The notes below the pieces were generated by a model that searched no databases, was not told the origin of the DNA, and saw only the letters and a list, made by a program, of their open reading frames with translations. Shown here in pieces: positions 1 through 10,337 of a DNA stretch of 64,000 nt. Both the position numbers and the translations under genes were made by a program. The stretch spans positions 25,996 through 89,995 of the forward strand of contig JBGCEV010000002.1 of NCBI GenBank assembly GCA_045106605.1, written 5' to 3'. The stretch comes from Rickettsiaceae bacterium (GTDB taxonomy: Bacteria > Pseudomonadota > Alphaproteobacteria > Rickettsiales > Rickettsiaceae). Every line of letters begins with the position of its first letter. Positions within the stretch are counted from its first letter, which is position 1.

Positions 1-408
1 GGGGCAGGAACACCTGCGGAAAAAAGGGAGAGAATTTGTGCACAAGTTGTTAATGCTATAGCCGACAAAACCTCCTCTGCTGCAACTACTATTCAAGCTG
101 CATGTGAAAAACTTAGAACAGATACTACAGGTTCAGATGAGGCTAAACTGACATCTTTAATGTCAACAATTAATACTGCAGCAGATGCATTGCTTGCAAA
201 TATATCAGCAGACGTCGAAGACACTAAGGCACAGAAGGCCTCAACCAAAGCATATACTGATCTTGGTGATACTATTGAATCATTTGTTGAGGAACAGGAG
301 TTCAAACCTACTATTACTATTGATCAAGGTACTATTGTAAAAATATACGTAAATAAAGATTATAAATTCCCTAAGAATGCAATCAAAAAAGCACGGTGGA
401 TGCAATGA
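1..408 (+). CDS. virB10: VirB10 type IV secretion protein, C-terminal part (5' end outside window)
   Basis: Frame 1 is open from base 1 to TGA at 406-408. The C-terminus PTITIDQGTIVKIYVNKDYKFP resembles the conserved VirB10/TrbI end. It sits directly upstream of virB11-virD4 and overlaps virB11 by 13 nt. Confidence 0.8.
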   Translation, partial: GAGTPAEKRERICAQVVNAIADKTSSAATTIQAACEKLRTDTTGSDEAKLTSLMSTINTAADALLANISADVEDTKAQKASTKAYTDLGDTIESFVEEQEFKPTITIDQGTIVKIYVNKDYKFPKNAIKKARWMQ

Positions 409-1397
409 GCTTTGCTGCATTAGAAACATACTTATTACCTTTTAAGAATATTTTTGCTGAAGATGGTGTTAATGAATTGATGATTAACAAACCAGGCGAG
501 GTTTGGGTTGAAAAACGGGGCGATCAAAGGATGGAACTATTGCCTGAAATTGATATTGACCATCTATTGGGCTTGGGTCGATTGGTCGCACAATCAACTG
601 CACAAAGAATTTCCGAAGAGTACCCCCTACTTTCAGCGACTCTGCCCAATGGCTACCGTATTCAAGTAGTATTCCCGCCTGCTGTTGAACCTAATCTAGC
701 TGCTTTTTCGATACGTAAAGGTTCTACAATGCACCTTACTCTTGATAAATATGAAGAAATGGGAGCTTTTGATAATACATCAACACAGGAAATTGTAGAT
801 TTAAATAATGATATTTTGTGTAAATATTTGCAGGAAAACCGGATAAAGGAATTTATTAAACATGCAGTCAATTGTAAAAAAAATATTATTATTAGTGGAG
901 GTACTTCAACAGGTAAGACAACATTTACTAATGCTGCTCTGGCAGAGATTTCAAGTGATGAAAGATTAATTACTGTTGAGGATGCTAGAGAAGTATTGTT
1001 GCCTAATCATAAAAACAGAGTGCATTTATTGGCCTCGAAAGGAGGACAGGGAAGAGCGAAAGTTACCACCCAAGATTTAATAGAGGCTTGTTTGCGCCTA
1101 CGACCTGATCGAATTATTGTCGGTGAATTAAGAGGGGCAGAAGCATTTAGTTTTTTAAGAGCAATCAATACTGGGCACCCTGGCTCAATCTCCACCCTGC
1201 ATGCGGACACCCCGACTATGGCTCTTGAACAATTGAAATTGATGGTAATGCAAGCAGGCCTTGGTATGCCACCAGAAGAAGTAAGGAAATATATTGCAGA
1301 AGTAGTAGATATCGTAGTACAACTAAAACGTGGAGAAGGTGGGAAAAGATATGTTTCTGAAGTGTATTTTAATAGTATGAGGGAGGAAAAAGAATGA
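396..1397 (+). CDS. virB11: VirB11 T4SS traffic ATPase
   Basis: 333-aa ORF with Walker A GGTSTGKTT, RIIVGELRGAEA, and His-box INTGHPGSISTLHA. ATGA overlap with the virD4 start. Confidence 0.95.
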   Translation: MDAMSFAALETYLLPFKNIFAEDGVNELMINKPGEVWVEKRGDQRMELLPEIDIDHLLGLGRLVAQSTAQRISEEYPLLSATLPNGYRIQVVFPPAVEPNLAAFSIRKGSTMHLTLDKYEEMGAFDNTSTQEIVDLNNDILCKYLQENRIKEFIKHAVNCKKNIIISGGTSTGKTTFTNAALAEISSDERLITVEDAREVLLPNHKNRVHLLASKGGQGRAKVTTQDLIEACLRLRPDRIIVGELRGAEAFSFLRAINTGHPGSISTLHADTPTMALEQLKLMVMQAGLGMPPEEVRKYIAEVVDIVVQLKRGEGGKRYVSEVYFNSMREEKE

Positions 1398-3161
1398 GTT
1401 GGCTTAATATTTTATCTAAGGCTCGTACTCTTTTTGGACATATGGTAATCCATCCGTTAGTGATTCTTGCTACGTTTTGGTTTTGCGGTTTAATTGTGTC
1501 GTTTATTACAAATGAGTATGGGGCAGCAATTGGATTAAATCTTAATGCACTTTCTATAGCTTACAAATGGTCATCATGGTTATTAAATTCTTGGTCTACA
1601 TTGGGTTTCAGCGCCTATAACCATATAAAAATTAAGCTTATTCTAGCTCTGTTCGGGCCACCTTTTTGCGTGATATTATATTATATTAAATATTTCAACA
1701 GAATAAAATCTTTAGAATTTTTTAAACAAAAGGAATCCGTATATGGTTCTGCTGATTGGGCTACTCAGGCAGATATCGAGAGAGCTAATCTTAGAGAAAA
1801 GCATGGAATGTTATTAGGAGTGGATTCTGGTGGATATTTTGTTGCAGACGGCTTTCAGCATGCTCTATTATTTGCTCCTACCGGTTCTGGTAAAGGTGTA
1901 GGCTTTGTAATTCCTAATTTATTATTTTGGAATCACTCAGTTGTAGTACATGATATTAAACTTGAAAACCATCAATTAACTAGTGGTTGGAGGGCCAAAC
2001 AAGGGCAAAAGGTTTATGTATAGGAACCTTCTAACCCAGATGGTATTACGCATTGCTATAATCCGATAGATTGGGTTAGCAGTAAACCAGGGCAAATGGT
2101 TGATGACGTACAAAAAATATCAAATTTAATTATGCCAGAAAAAGATTTCTGGAACAATGAAGCACGAAGCCTTTTTTTGGGTGTTGTACTCTATCTGATA
2201 GCAGACGATTCAAAGGTTAAATCCTTTGGGGAAGTTGTAAGAACAATGAGAAGTGATGATGTAGTATATAACCTAGCGGTGGTTCTAGATACACTTGGAG
2301 AAACTATACACCCAGTGGCGTATATGAATATAGCTGCATTTTTACAAAAAGCGGATAAAGAGCGTTCGGGTGTAATCTCTACAATGAACTCATCTCTTGA
2401 ATTATGGGCTAATCCATTAATTGATGCAGCTACAGCAGCTTCTGATTTTAGTATTATGGAGTTAAAAAAGCAGCAAACAACAGTTTATGTTGGTTTGACC
2501 CCTGATAACATTCAACGCTTACAAAAACTTATGCAGGTTTTTTTATCAACAAGCTACTGAATTTTTAAGTCGAAAAATACCAGATACAAAAGAAGAACCT
2601 TACGGTGTAATGTTTTTAATGGATGAGTTCCCAACACTGGGCAAAATGGAACAATTTAAGGCAGGCATAGCTTATTTCCGTGGTTATAGAGTTCGCCTCT
2701 TCTTGATTATTCAGGATACTCAACAGCTAAAAGGAACATACGAGGATGCGGGAATGAACTCATTTTTGTCAAATTCCACCTTCCGGATTACGTTTGCGGC
2801 TAATAATTATGAAACAGCAAATTTAATTTCTCAATTATGTGGTAATAAGACCGTAGAGCAAACATCATATAATAAACCACTATTTTTTGATTTAAATATC
2901 TCGACTAGAACGCAAAATGTATCAAAGGTTCAACGAGCTTTACTATTGCCCCAAGAAGTAATTCAACTACCAAGGGATGATCAAATTGTTTTAATAGAAT
3001 CTTTCCCACCGATTAGATCTAATAAAATAAAATATTATGAGGATAAATTCTTTACAAAAAGGCTTTTACCTCCTACATTTGTTCCAACACAAGAGCCTTT
3101 TGATCCTAAGAATTATAGTGCAAGCCATACTTCAGATCAAGATAGCTCAATTGAAGAATAG
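1394..3161 (+). pseudogene. virD4: VirD4/TraG coupling protein, disrupted by an in-frame TAG (2021-2023) and a frameshift in a T7 run (2538-2544)
   Basis: ORFs 1394-2023, 2096-2560 and 2610-3161 together rebuild one protein of about 590 aa. It has N-terminal TM helices, Walker A FAPTGSGKGVGFVIPN, and FLMDEFPTLGKM. Pieces 1 and 2 share a frame and the 24 codons between them are stop-free. Pieces 2 and 3 join if one T is removed from the T7 run. Confidence 0.85.
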
Positions 3162-3242
3162 GGATATATAAAATAAGTCCACATGGTAAATATCAGCATT
3201 GGGATTCTTATCGTTAAATCATTATACAAAAAATGGAAATGA

Positions 3243-4634
3243 ATGCGCTGTGCAATAATGGATATTGGCTATAATGCCATCCGAGCTGTAGTCTATGACA
3301 ATAATAAACTTGGTGCAGCTGAGCTTTTTAATTATAAATTCAAAACCGATATTCTCTGTTTGTTATCGCAAGATTCCTTCGATGTCAAGCATCAAACTTA
3401 TTTATCTATACAGTATCTGCTACATATATTTCACAAATTAAATGTACTAGATATCAGATGCATTGCTACGGCAGTATTAAGAAATCATCCTAGAGCGCAA
3501 GATTTTGTTGATTATATAAAACTGAAATATGGCCTTGAGATAACCGTTGTTTCAGGACAGCAAGAAGCTCATCTAATGGCCTTAGGTTTAATGAGCGGTA
3601 TTACTGACAGTAATGGTATTGCTGCAGATCTTGGGGGTGGAAGTCTAGAATTGGTGGGGGTAAATAATGGGAAAGTTGGTCAGTTAGCATCCTTTGCTCT
3701 TGGTATCAAAATGATGACGTTGAATAATATTACCACCGTAAATGAACTAATCGAAATAATAAAACAAGAGTTTCAAAATAAGACATATAAAAATCTTTAT
3801 TTTGTTGGCGGCTCTCTCCGTTTTATTGGGAGAACATACATAGACGCAAATAATATCTCTATGAAAAATTTACACTATGCCACTATCTTGTCCTCAGATT
3901 TAACTCATTATATTAATAAAATAAAGAGTACTAATAATTGTGTAAGTAAAAACCGCAGTAACAGAATCATTAATAAAAATTCTATATTGATGACAGAAGC
4001 ACTCCTTACAATATTTAAACCGGAACAAATAATTATTTCTAATTATGGCTTAAAAGAAGGAGTAAGATTGGAGTTGTTAAGCGCCGAAGATCGAAATAGT
4101 AATATCATTGAGGCCAAGCTTTTAGAAGTATGTAATTGTAACATATCATTAATAAATTTAGATAGTTATTACAAAATAATTAAGACGCTTATAAGTGAAG
4201 CAAATGACAGTATTTTAGAGTTATTAAAATATGCTATCATTCTTAGTTCCTTAAGAAAAAACTTTGATAGTACTATTCCTTCAAAAGGTATTTCAGAATA
4301 CGTATTGGCTTCTGAAATACCTTTCAAATCAGACACAAGAATGATGTTAGCAGTGATTCTTGAGTATTTTTCTCAGCATAAGCCTAACGCAGAGCTAATA
4401 CAAAAAGCAAAACAGTGCATAAGTAAAAAAGAATATGCAATTTGTCAGATTATTGGACATTTTTTATACATTACACAACAAATAGATGGGTCAGACTTCT
4501 CTACTCCATCTTTTTCTATTGAGAACAACAACTCATATTTACAAATAGTCTGGCCTAACAAGTTACCAAGGCCAATTTTTGACAAAGTATGTATTCGTCT
4601 AAAATATATTGCATCAGCAAGGAAATATAGCTAA
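3243..4634 (+). CDS. Ppx/GppA-family phosphatase (exopolyphosphatase / pppGpp phosphohydrolase-like)
   Basis: 463-aa ORF with actin-like ATPase motifs of the Ppx/GppA family: MDIGYNAIRAVVYD and AADLGGGSLELV. Confidence 0.7.
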   Translation: MRCAIMDIGYNAIRAVVYDNNKLGAAELFNYKFKTDILCLLSQDSFDVKHQTYLSIQYLLHIFHKLNVLDIRCIATAVLRNHPRAQDFVDYIKLKYGLEITVVSGQQEAHLMALGLMSGITDSNGIAADLGGGSLELVGVNNGKVGQLASFALGIKMMTLNNITTVNELIEIIKQEFQNKTYKNLYFVGGSLRFIGRTYIDANNISMKNLHYATILSSDLTHYINKIKSTNNCVSKNRSNRIINKNSILMTEALLTIFKPEQIIISNYGLKEGVRLELLSAEDRNSNIIEAKLLEVCNCNISLINLDSYYKIIKTLISEANDSILELLKYAIILSSLRKNFDSTIPSKGISEYVLASEIPFKSDTRMMLAVILEYFSQHKPNAELIQKAKQCISKKEYAICQIIGHFLYITQQIDGSDFSTPSFSIENNNSYLQIVWPNKLPRPIFDKVCIRLKYIASARKYS

Positions 4635-4787
4635 CCCTATTGCATACATAACACAAAAGAGTTTTTTTATAGGACAGAAAAATGCAATGAACTTAACCAA
4701 CTGGGGATTGTGTTACATACTAACTTTTAGTGTTATTAATTGATAACTCTAAGTGTTACTTTATATTAATTTAAATTTGTATTTTAT

Positions 4788-5960
4788 ATGAAAAACGTAC
4801 CAGAAGATCAACTAGAATTATTATCCCCAATACGAATAAGAAGTCATGATTCTAATAGCGAGCTTCCAAAGCTACAAAATCAAGAGTATTTAGAGACACT
4901 ACGAGAACTTATACTAGACCCCCCTAAAGAAAATATTGCTGGAAAATATCGAGTTTTAACACTTGATGGTGGTGGTGTAAAAGGCACTGCAATACTTTCT
5001 TCCCTTGCTGTAATAGAAAAAATTACAGATAAACCTATAGCAAAATTGTTTGATTGTATTGCTGGCACAAGTATAGGCGGTGTGATAGCTGCGTTGCTTA
5101 CTCTACCAAGTGAGACAGACCCAGATAAACCTCGATACAGTGCTGCTGAATTAATCAACATGCTCGGGCAAGTATTATCAGATGTTTTTCCCACAGATTG
5201 TTCCAGTACGTTAAGAAAATTTGCTAATTTATTTTGTTGTTGCCTTAATGTAAGTAAATATAGTCCAGATGGTATAGAAACACTTTTTGACCAATATTTT
5301 AATCAAGAAACTTTGTCATCTACTATCATTCCAATAATGATTACTGCAGTAGGTCCATCGAACACAGTCAAAATTTTTAGCTCCTATGATCCAGAAACAA
5401 AAAATTATAACTTACCTGATATACTACGTGCTACTAGCGCAGCCCCTACTTATTTTCCGCCGGCAAGGATTAACGGTTTAGATTATATAGATGGTGGAGT
5501 ATTAGCGAACAACCCATCTAATATTGCTGTACGTACTATTAAAACTTTTACTGAGATACCAGATAAAAATATATCCTTGTTTTATATAAATCTTGATAAA
5601 GCAAGAGAGTCCTTTATCATTCCACCAAATAATTTATTAAGTTTTTATGACAAAGCCTCTCTTGAGAGATTCGTCGATGGAGCTGAAAAAGAGGCGACAG
5701 CAAATGTAAAAAATCGAATAGGTGCAGAAAATTTCTATGAATTTAAAATCCATATTGAGACTCAATACGCAGTTATGGATAATGTAGCACGAGATAACAT
5801 AAGGCAATTAAAGGAAATAGGTCACAGCGCTTGTTATGAAAAAAATAACCAAGTGACCTTATCAAACTTTTTCCCAGGGTATACTTGGTCTGAAGAGATT
5901 GAGTCTGAAGAGGTTGAGTCTAGTTTATTACTAGGAAATGTAGAGCTAATAGATAATTGA
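4788..5960 (+). CDS. Patatin-like phospholipase
   Basis: Motifs in canonical order: LDGGGVKG (oxyanion Gly-rich loop), GTSIGG (G-x-S-x-G) and DGGVLANNP (catalytic Asp). No signal peptide; acidic C-terminal tail SEEIESEEVESS. Confidence 0.85.
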   Translation: MKNVPEDQLELLSPIRIRSHDSNSELPKLQNQEYLETLRELILDPPKENIAGKYRVLTLDGGGVKGTAILSSLAVIEKITDKPIAKLFDCIAGTSIGGVIAALLTLPSETDPDKPRYSAAELINMLGQVLSDVFPTDCSSTLRKFANLFCCCLNVSKYSPDGIETLFDQYFNQETLSSTIIPIMITAVGPSNTVKIFSSYDPETKNYNLPDILRATSAAPTYFPPARINGLDYIDGGVLANNPSNIAVRTIKTFTEIPDKNISLFYINLDKARESFIIPPNNLLSFYDKASLERFVDGAEKEATANVKNRIGAENFYEFKIHIETQYAVMDNVARDNIRQLKEIGHSACYEKNNQVTLSNFFPGYTWSEEIESEEVESSLLLGNVELIDN

Positions 5961-6010
5961 GCCCCTGTACAAATAAGGAATATCTAGGTTATACAATACA
6001 AATTGATAAT

Positions 6011-6178
6011 GCAACCGCAAAACCACGGGGCTAATCTCGTGGCTGTAGTAACCTCAATGCTCTCGTGTTACAATTTCTATTATTAGGAGCAACATGGGTA
6101 AAAGACATGGGGCAAGCGCAGCTTGTACTCGGCTTAAAGCTGACTTGATACCATTGGGTTTGCCCTATGGAGGTTCAC
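6011..6178 (+). mobile_element. Miniature (tnpA-less) derivative of the IS200/IS605-type element seen at 55014-55545
   Basis: The left about 48 nt (gcaaccgcaaaaccacgg...ggctgtagta) align to the reverse complement of 55498-55545. The right about 90 nt (ggagcaac...gataccattgggtttgccctatggaggttca) align to the reverse complement of 55014-55105. Identity is roughly 75-80% by eye. Subterminal hairpins are present and the whole transposase body is missing. Confidence 0.55.
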
Positions 6179-6231
6179 TTGCGGCTTAGATAGAAGAGTT
6201 TTGTTAAACCTACAGAACAAGCCGCATGGTA

Positions 6232-6597
6232 TCAAGTTGGTGGATCACCGTATTTGTTTGATCCATCATTTCCTTTGAAGCATATAAGTAGTATCTTAAT
6301 TAATAGACCAAACCCAGTCAAATAAATTAACGCCCACCATCCACTAAAGCCTAGATCATGCAATCGCCTTACATTTAGAGAGAGAATCTGAATCAGACAT
6401 AAGCATGAAATTAGGGAAAACATAGCAAGCATTAAGGACCCAATAGCAGAATATTGTGATCCTATAGCAATAAAGATAATATGAGAAAAGAAGATCAGGG
6501 TTAATAACAGTAGAGTCAGTAAATTTCCTATAATATACTCTTTTCTATTAGCTCTACCTTCAAAACTAAATAAGTTTTTAATTACTAAACTATTCAT
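6232..6597 (-). CDS. DUF805-family inner membrane protein
   Basis: FSFEGRANRKEY, RRLHDLGFSGWWALI and a KYGDPP tail, plus 3-4 hydrophobic helices. The track start is GTG at 6603; the ATG at 6597 is preferred. Confidence 0.75.
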   Translation of the reverse strand: MNSLVIKNLFSFEGRANRKEYIIGNLLTLLLLTLIFFSHIIFIAIGSQYSAIGSLMLAMFSLISCLCLIQILSLNVRRLHDLGFSGWWALIYLTGFGLLIKILLICFKGNDGSNKYGDPPT

Positions 6598-7087
6598 TAT
6601 CACATATCTGCGTTCATTGGGTTCACTTCAAATGTATCAACATTTTTATTAATTGCAACCCTTCTGGAGAAGTTGCTACTTCATTAAAAATTTCCAAAGA
6701 GCATATTATTATATTGCTGCAGTTTTTATCCCAAGTGGCGGAAAAAGCGCTCGTTTTTAACACTTGATCTATAGGTCTTTTATAGAAAGCTACTCTATTA
6801 TAATAGAATGTGCAGCATATTCCCCCATAAAACCTATTAAATCATCTGGGAATATTTGCAAATCTGCATGCGCTGTTTAAAGTTCATTGCTTAGCCCCAC
6901 TAGCGATCGTTAAGAGCTGTAAATGCAACATGCATGGAGAGGGACCATTTTTACCTAAATAATTACCACACATATCAACAGTATGATGTTGTGTATATTA
7001 TAAGAAAAAGCAATACTGACTAATCTATACCGCATATATACTGGCATATAAGAATTACTTATCCACAGTTGAGATTAAGTAATGCTA

Positions 7088-8998
7088 TTATTTTTTACCC
7101 TTTTTTTGCTCTAGCACTGACTTTGGCTTTTTATCTTTACTTGGCTTTGGCTTCACTATTTTGCTTTTTTTAGCAGGGAATTCTAGTTCCTCCGTTGCAT
7201 CAAGTTCTTTACCAAGCAATAAATTTTTAATCTGCTTACCTGAAAGAGTTTCATGCTCAATTAAAGCTTTAGCTAAAGTGTGTAGCTGGTCAATATGCGT
7301 TGTTAACGTCTCTTTTGCACGAAGATATCCCTCGTCAATTATACGTCTTACTTCATTATCTATCATTTCTGCAGTGTGTTGTGATTTAGATTTATTTCTA
7401 GATCCAGAAGAATACATATCTTCATTATTATCACCATAAAATACTGGTCCTACCACATCACTAAGCCCCCACTCCGTAACCATTGCGTGAGCCATTCTTG
7501 TCGCCATCTTGATATCTGAAGAGGCGCCAGAAGTAACTTTTTCTGTACCAAATATAATTTCTTCTGCTACTCTGCCGGCCATTGCCACTGCAATATCTGC
7601 TTTCATTTTCTCAAGAGCCATAGATAATCTATCATTTTCTGGCAATCTCATAACCATGCCAAGGGCTCTACCACGTGGAATAATCGTAGCTTTATGGATT
7701 GGATCAGATGCAGGGCAATGTAGCCCTACTAGGGCGTGACCTCCTTCATGATAGGCTGTTAATTTTTTTTCATCATCTGACATAGCGAGCGACTTTCTTT
7801 CTACACCCATTAACACCTTATCTTTAGCATCTTCCATATCATCCATATCGACAAGCTTTTTGTTTCTTCGTGCAGCAAGCAAGGCCGCTTCATTCACTAA
7901 ATTATACAACTCTGCTCCTGAAAAACCTGGTGTACCACGAGCAATAATTTTTGGATCAACTGTATCGGAATATTTAACCTTTTTTAGATGTACTTTTAAA
8001 ATCTGTTCTCTTCCTAACAAATCAGGGTGAGAAACAGTAATCTGACGATCAAATCTGCCTGGGCGTAGTAGCGCTGGGTCCAGAACATCAGGTCTATTAG
8101 TAGCAGCTATGATAACGACACCTTCGTTAGCCTCAAAACCATCCATTTCAACTAACATTTGATTCAATGTCTGTTCACGCTCATCATTGCCACCACCCAT
8201 ACCAATACCTCGGTGACGACCAACAGCATCAATTTCATCAATGAAAATTATACAAGGAGCATTTCTTTTACCTTGTTCAAACATGTCACGTACTCTACTA
8301 GCACCAACCCCGACAAACATTTCAACAAAATCAGAACCTGATATACTAAAAAATGGTACATTAGCCTCACCTGCAATAGATTTTGCCAACAATGTTTTAC
8401 CAGTACCTGGAGGTCCTATTAACAAGCACCCTTTAGGGATTTGACCACCTAGTTTTTGAAACTTTCCAGGGTTTCTTAAAAAATCAACAATCTCAGATAA
8501 TTCTGCCTTAGCCTCATCAATACCTGCAACATCGGCAAAGGTTATTTTAGGCCCTTTATCAGATGTAAGTTTAGCTTTTGATTTGCCAAAACCCATACCT
8601 TTACTACCACCTTGCATTTGACGCATAAAGAACACCCATACCCCAATGAGTAGCAACATAGGGAACCATGATATAAATATGCTAAACAATGAATGCATTT
8701 TAGTATCTGGAGGTATTACATCAATATGCACTTCATTTGCATTTAATTTATCAACCAACCCAGGATACTCTGTCGTATAGGTTGAAAAATGAGTACCATT
8801 GGCCAACACACCCTGTATATATCTACCTTGAATTTTTACTGAGTGCACTTGCCTTGATTCAACTTTATTTAAAAAGTCAGAAAAAGCTAAACTATCAGAT
8901 TTCCCTGATAATCCATTACCTTGTAACATGTTAAAAGTAACGACCATTAGGACAAAAATACCTATCCAAATCAATATTTGTTTATGCTGCTTGTTCAT
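7088..8998 (-). CDS. ftsH: ATP-dependent zinc metalloprotease FtsH
   Basis: Two N-terminal TM helices, Walker A GPPGTGKT, Walker [10 protein letters not shown], and zinc site HEGGHA. The start is placed at MNKQHKQ (8998) rather than 9037, which would overlap tilS. Confidence 0.95.
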   Translation of the reverse strand: MNKQHKQILIWIGIFVLMVVTFNMLQGNGLSGKSDSLAFSDFLNKVESRQVHSVKIQGRYIQGVLANGTHFSTYTTEYPGLVDKLNANEVHIDVIPPDTKMHSLFSIFISWFPMLLLIGVWVFFMRQMQGGSKGMGFGKSKAKLTSDKGPKITFADVAGIDEAKAELSEIVDFLRNPGKFQKLGGQIPKGCLLIGPPGTGKTLLAKSIAGEANVPFFSISGSDFVEMFVGVGASRVRDMFEQGKRNAPCIIFIDEIDAVGRHRGIGMGGGNDEREQTLNQMLVEMDGFEANEGVVIIAATNRPDVLDPALLRPGRFDRQITVSHPDLLGREQILKVHLKKVKYSDTVDPKIIARGTPGFSGAELYNLVNEAALLAARRNKKLVDMDDMEDAKDKVLMGVERKSLAMSDDEKKLTAYHEGGHALVGLHCPASDPIHKATIIPRGRALGMVMRLPENDRLSMALEKMKADIAVAMAGRVAEEIIFGTEKVTSGASSDIKMATRMAHAMVTEWGLSDVVGPVFYGDNNEDMYSSGSRNKSKSQHTAEMIDNEVRRIIDEGYLRAKETLTTHIDQLHTLAKALIEHETLSGKQIKNLLLGKELDATEELEFPAKKSKIVKPKPSKDKKPKSVLEQKKGKK

Positions 8999-9008
8999 TA
9001 TTAAGTTC

Positions 9009-10331
9009 CTATAAGAAATGGGTAAAACGCGATACAAACTTTGGTTTAAATACTACCTGTAAAGCTTTATTAAATTCCATGTTATCATAATAAGATATAT
9101 GGGGTATGGCTATTATTTTTTCAAGTTTTTTGACAATAGGCAGTGTAAATAAAATTGCTTTGTGATGCTGGGGGCTAAATTTTTGAAGCCTTTGTAGGTT
9201 GATATCACCCTTTAAATCTTGGTATTCTGCTAATGTTAGTGTGCTTATATAATATGATGGCTTGATATCTACCAATTGCAGGGCAAATCTATTATCCCAA
9301 ATTAAGTTATTATAATTATTATATTGTATATTATTTATTTGCGACCTTTCTCTAAACACTAACAATTTACTATTATGTTCTCTTAATACACATCCATGAA
9401 GAGTATGTTTAACGCAAATTGTGTTCTCATGGATTATTTCTAGGATTTTTTTTATACTCCTAAAGCGCGGCAATGTAATAGCACCACTAACTACAGTTAA
9501 AATATAGCTTAGAATCTGAATCTGAATGTCTACTATTACTGATCTAAAATTGCTTAGGTCAATGACAGCACAGCCATAATTATTAATACATACCGACTCA
9601 GCCATGGTACGTATAAGTAACTGATTAAGATCATTAGCTGTTTGATTAACGGCCTGCATCTCACTAAATAATTGTTCCCTTTCTAACCTAGAAAACGTTG
9701 CTATTTGTTGTCGCACTCGATTACGTTCATATATATCAAGTTTATTAGATTGGTCATCCAACCAACTAATATTATGCTTTGTTAAATAAGTGATTAAATC
9801 AACTTTATGAAATTTTATTAAGGGCCTTAATATTTGGATATTATTATAAAAAAAACTTGAGGAATAGCTTAAACCAAACACACCACTTTTCTTTCTTTTC
9901 CTCATCAGATATGTTTCTAGCATATCATCTATATGATGCCCCGTAAGCATTGTATCAATTGCAAGTTGATGACATTTTTGGGTCATCAATTGGTATCTAG
10001 CTTCTCTTGCTCTTGCTTGCAAAGCAACTTTACTGGCGTTATTATTCCATTCAAATTCATAGAATTCTAGACCCAAGATCTGGCATTGCTGTTGTACTAA
10101 TGCTATTTCTTGTTTTGATTCCAAACGAAGATTATGGTTTACACTGAACACAACCAGTTTAACCCCTCTTTGTTTCGCCCAATATAATGACAGATTTAAC
10201 AAGGCGACTGAATCACTACCACCAGAAACAGCCAATGCAACCGACTTAGTAGCGGAATCTACTAGGTAATCCATATAATTACAAAAAGCATCTTGTATAT
10301 TTTTACTTAAGAACACATGCTTATATTGCAT
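9009..10331 (-). CDS. tilS: tRNA(Ile)-lysidine synthase
   Basis: PP-loop ALAVSGGSDSVALL and HHIDD motif; conserved position immediately upstream of ftsH. Confidence 0.9.
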   Translation of the reverse strand: MQYKHVFLSKNIQDAFCNYMDYLVDSATKSVALAVSGGSDSVALLNLSLYWAKQRGVKLVVFSVNHNLRLESKQEIALVQQQCQILGLEFYEFEWNNNASKVALQARAREARYQLMTQKCHQLAIDTMLTGHHIDDMLETYLMRKRKKSGVFGLSYSSSFFYNNIQILRPLIKFHKVDLITYLTKHNISWLDDQSNKLDIYERNRVRQQIATFSRLEREQLFSEMQAVNQTANDLNQLLIRTMAESVCINNYGCAVIDLSNFRSVIVDIQIQILSYILTVVSGAITLPRFRSIKKILEIIHENTICVKHTLHGCVLREHNSKLLVFRERSQINNIQYNNYNNLIWDNRFALQLVDIKPSYYISTLTLAEYQDLKGDINLQRLQKFSPQHHKAILFTLPIVKKLEKIIAIPHISYYDNMEFNKALQVVFKPKFVSRFTHFL

Positions 10332-10337
10332 AACAAA

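Noticed and set aside
8999-9037. 13-codon N-terminal extension of FtsH (MYRVLPISYRNLI) given by the longest ORF.
   Set aside because: It would overlap the tilS 3' end by 29 nt. The internal MNKQHKQ start is followed immediately by the first TM helix, as in other FtsH proteins.
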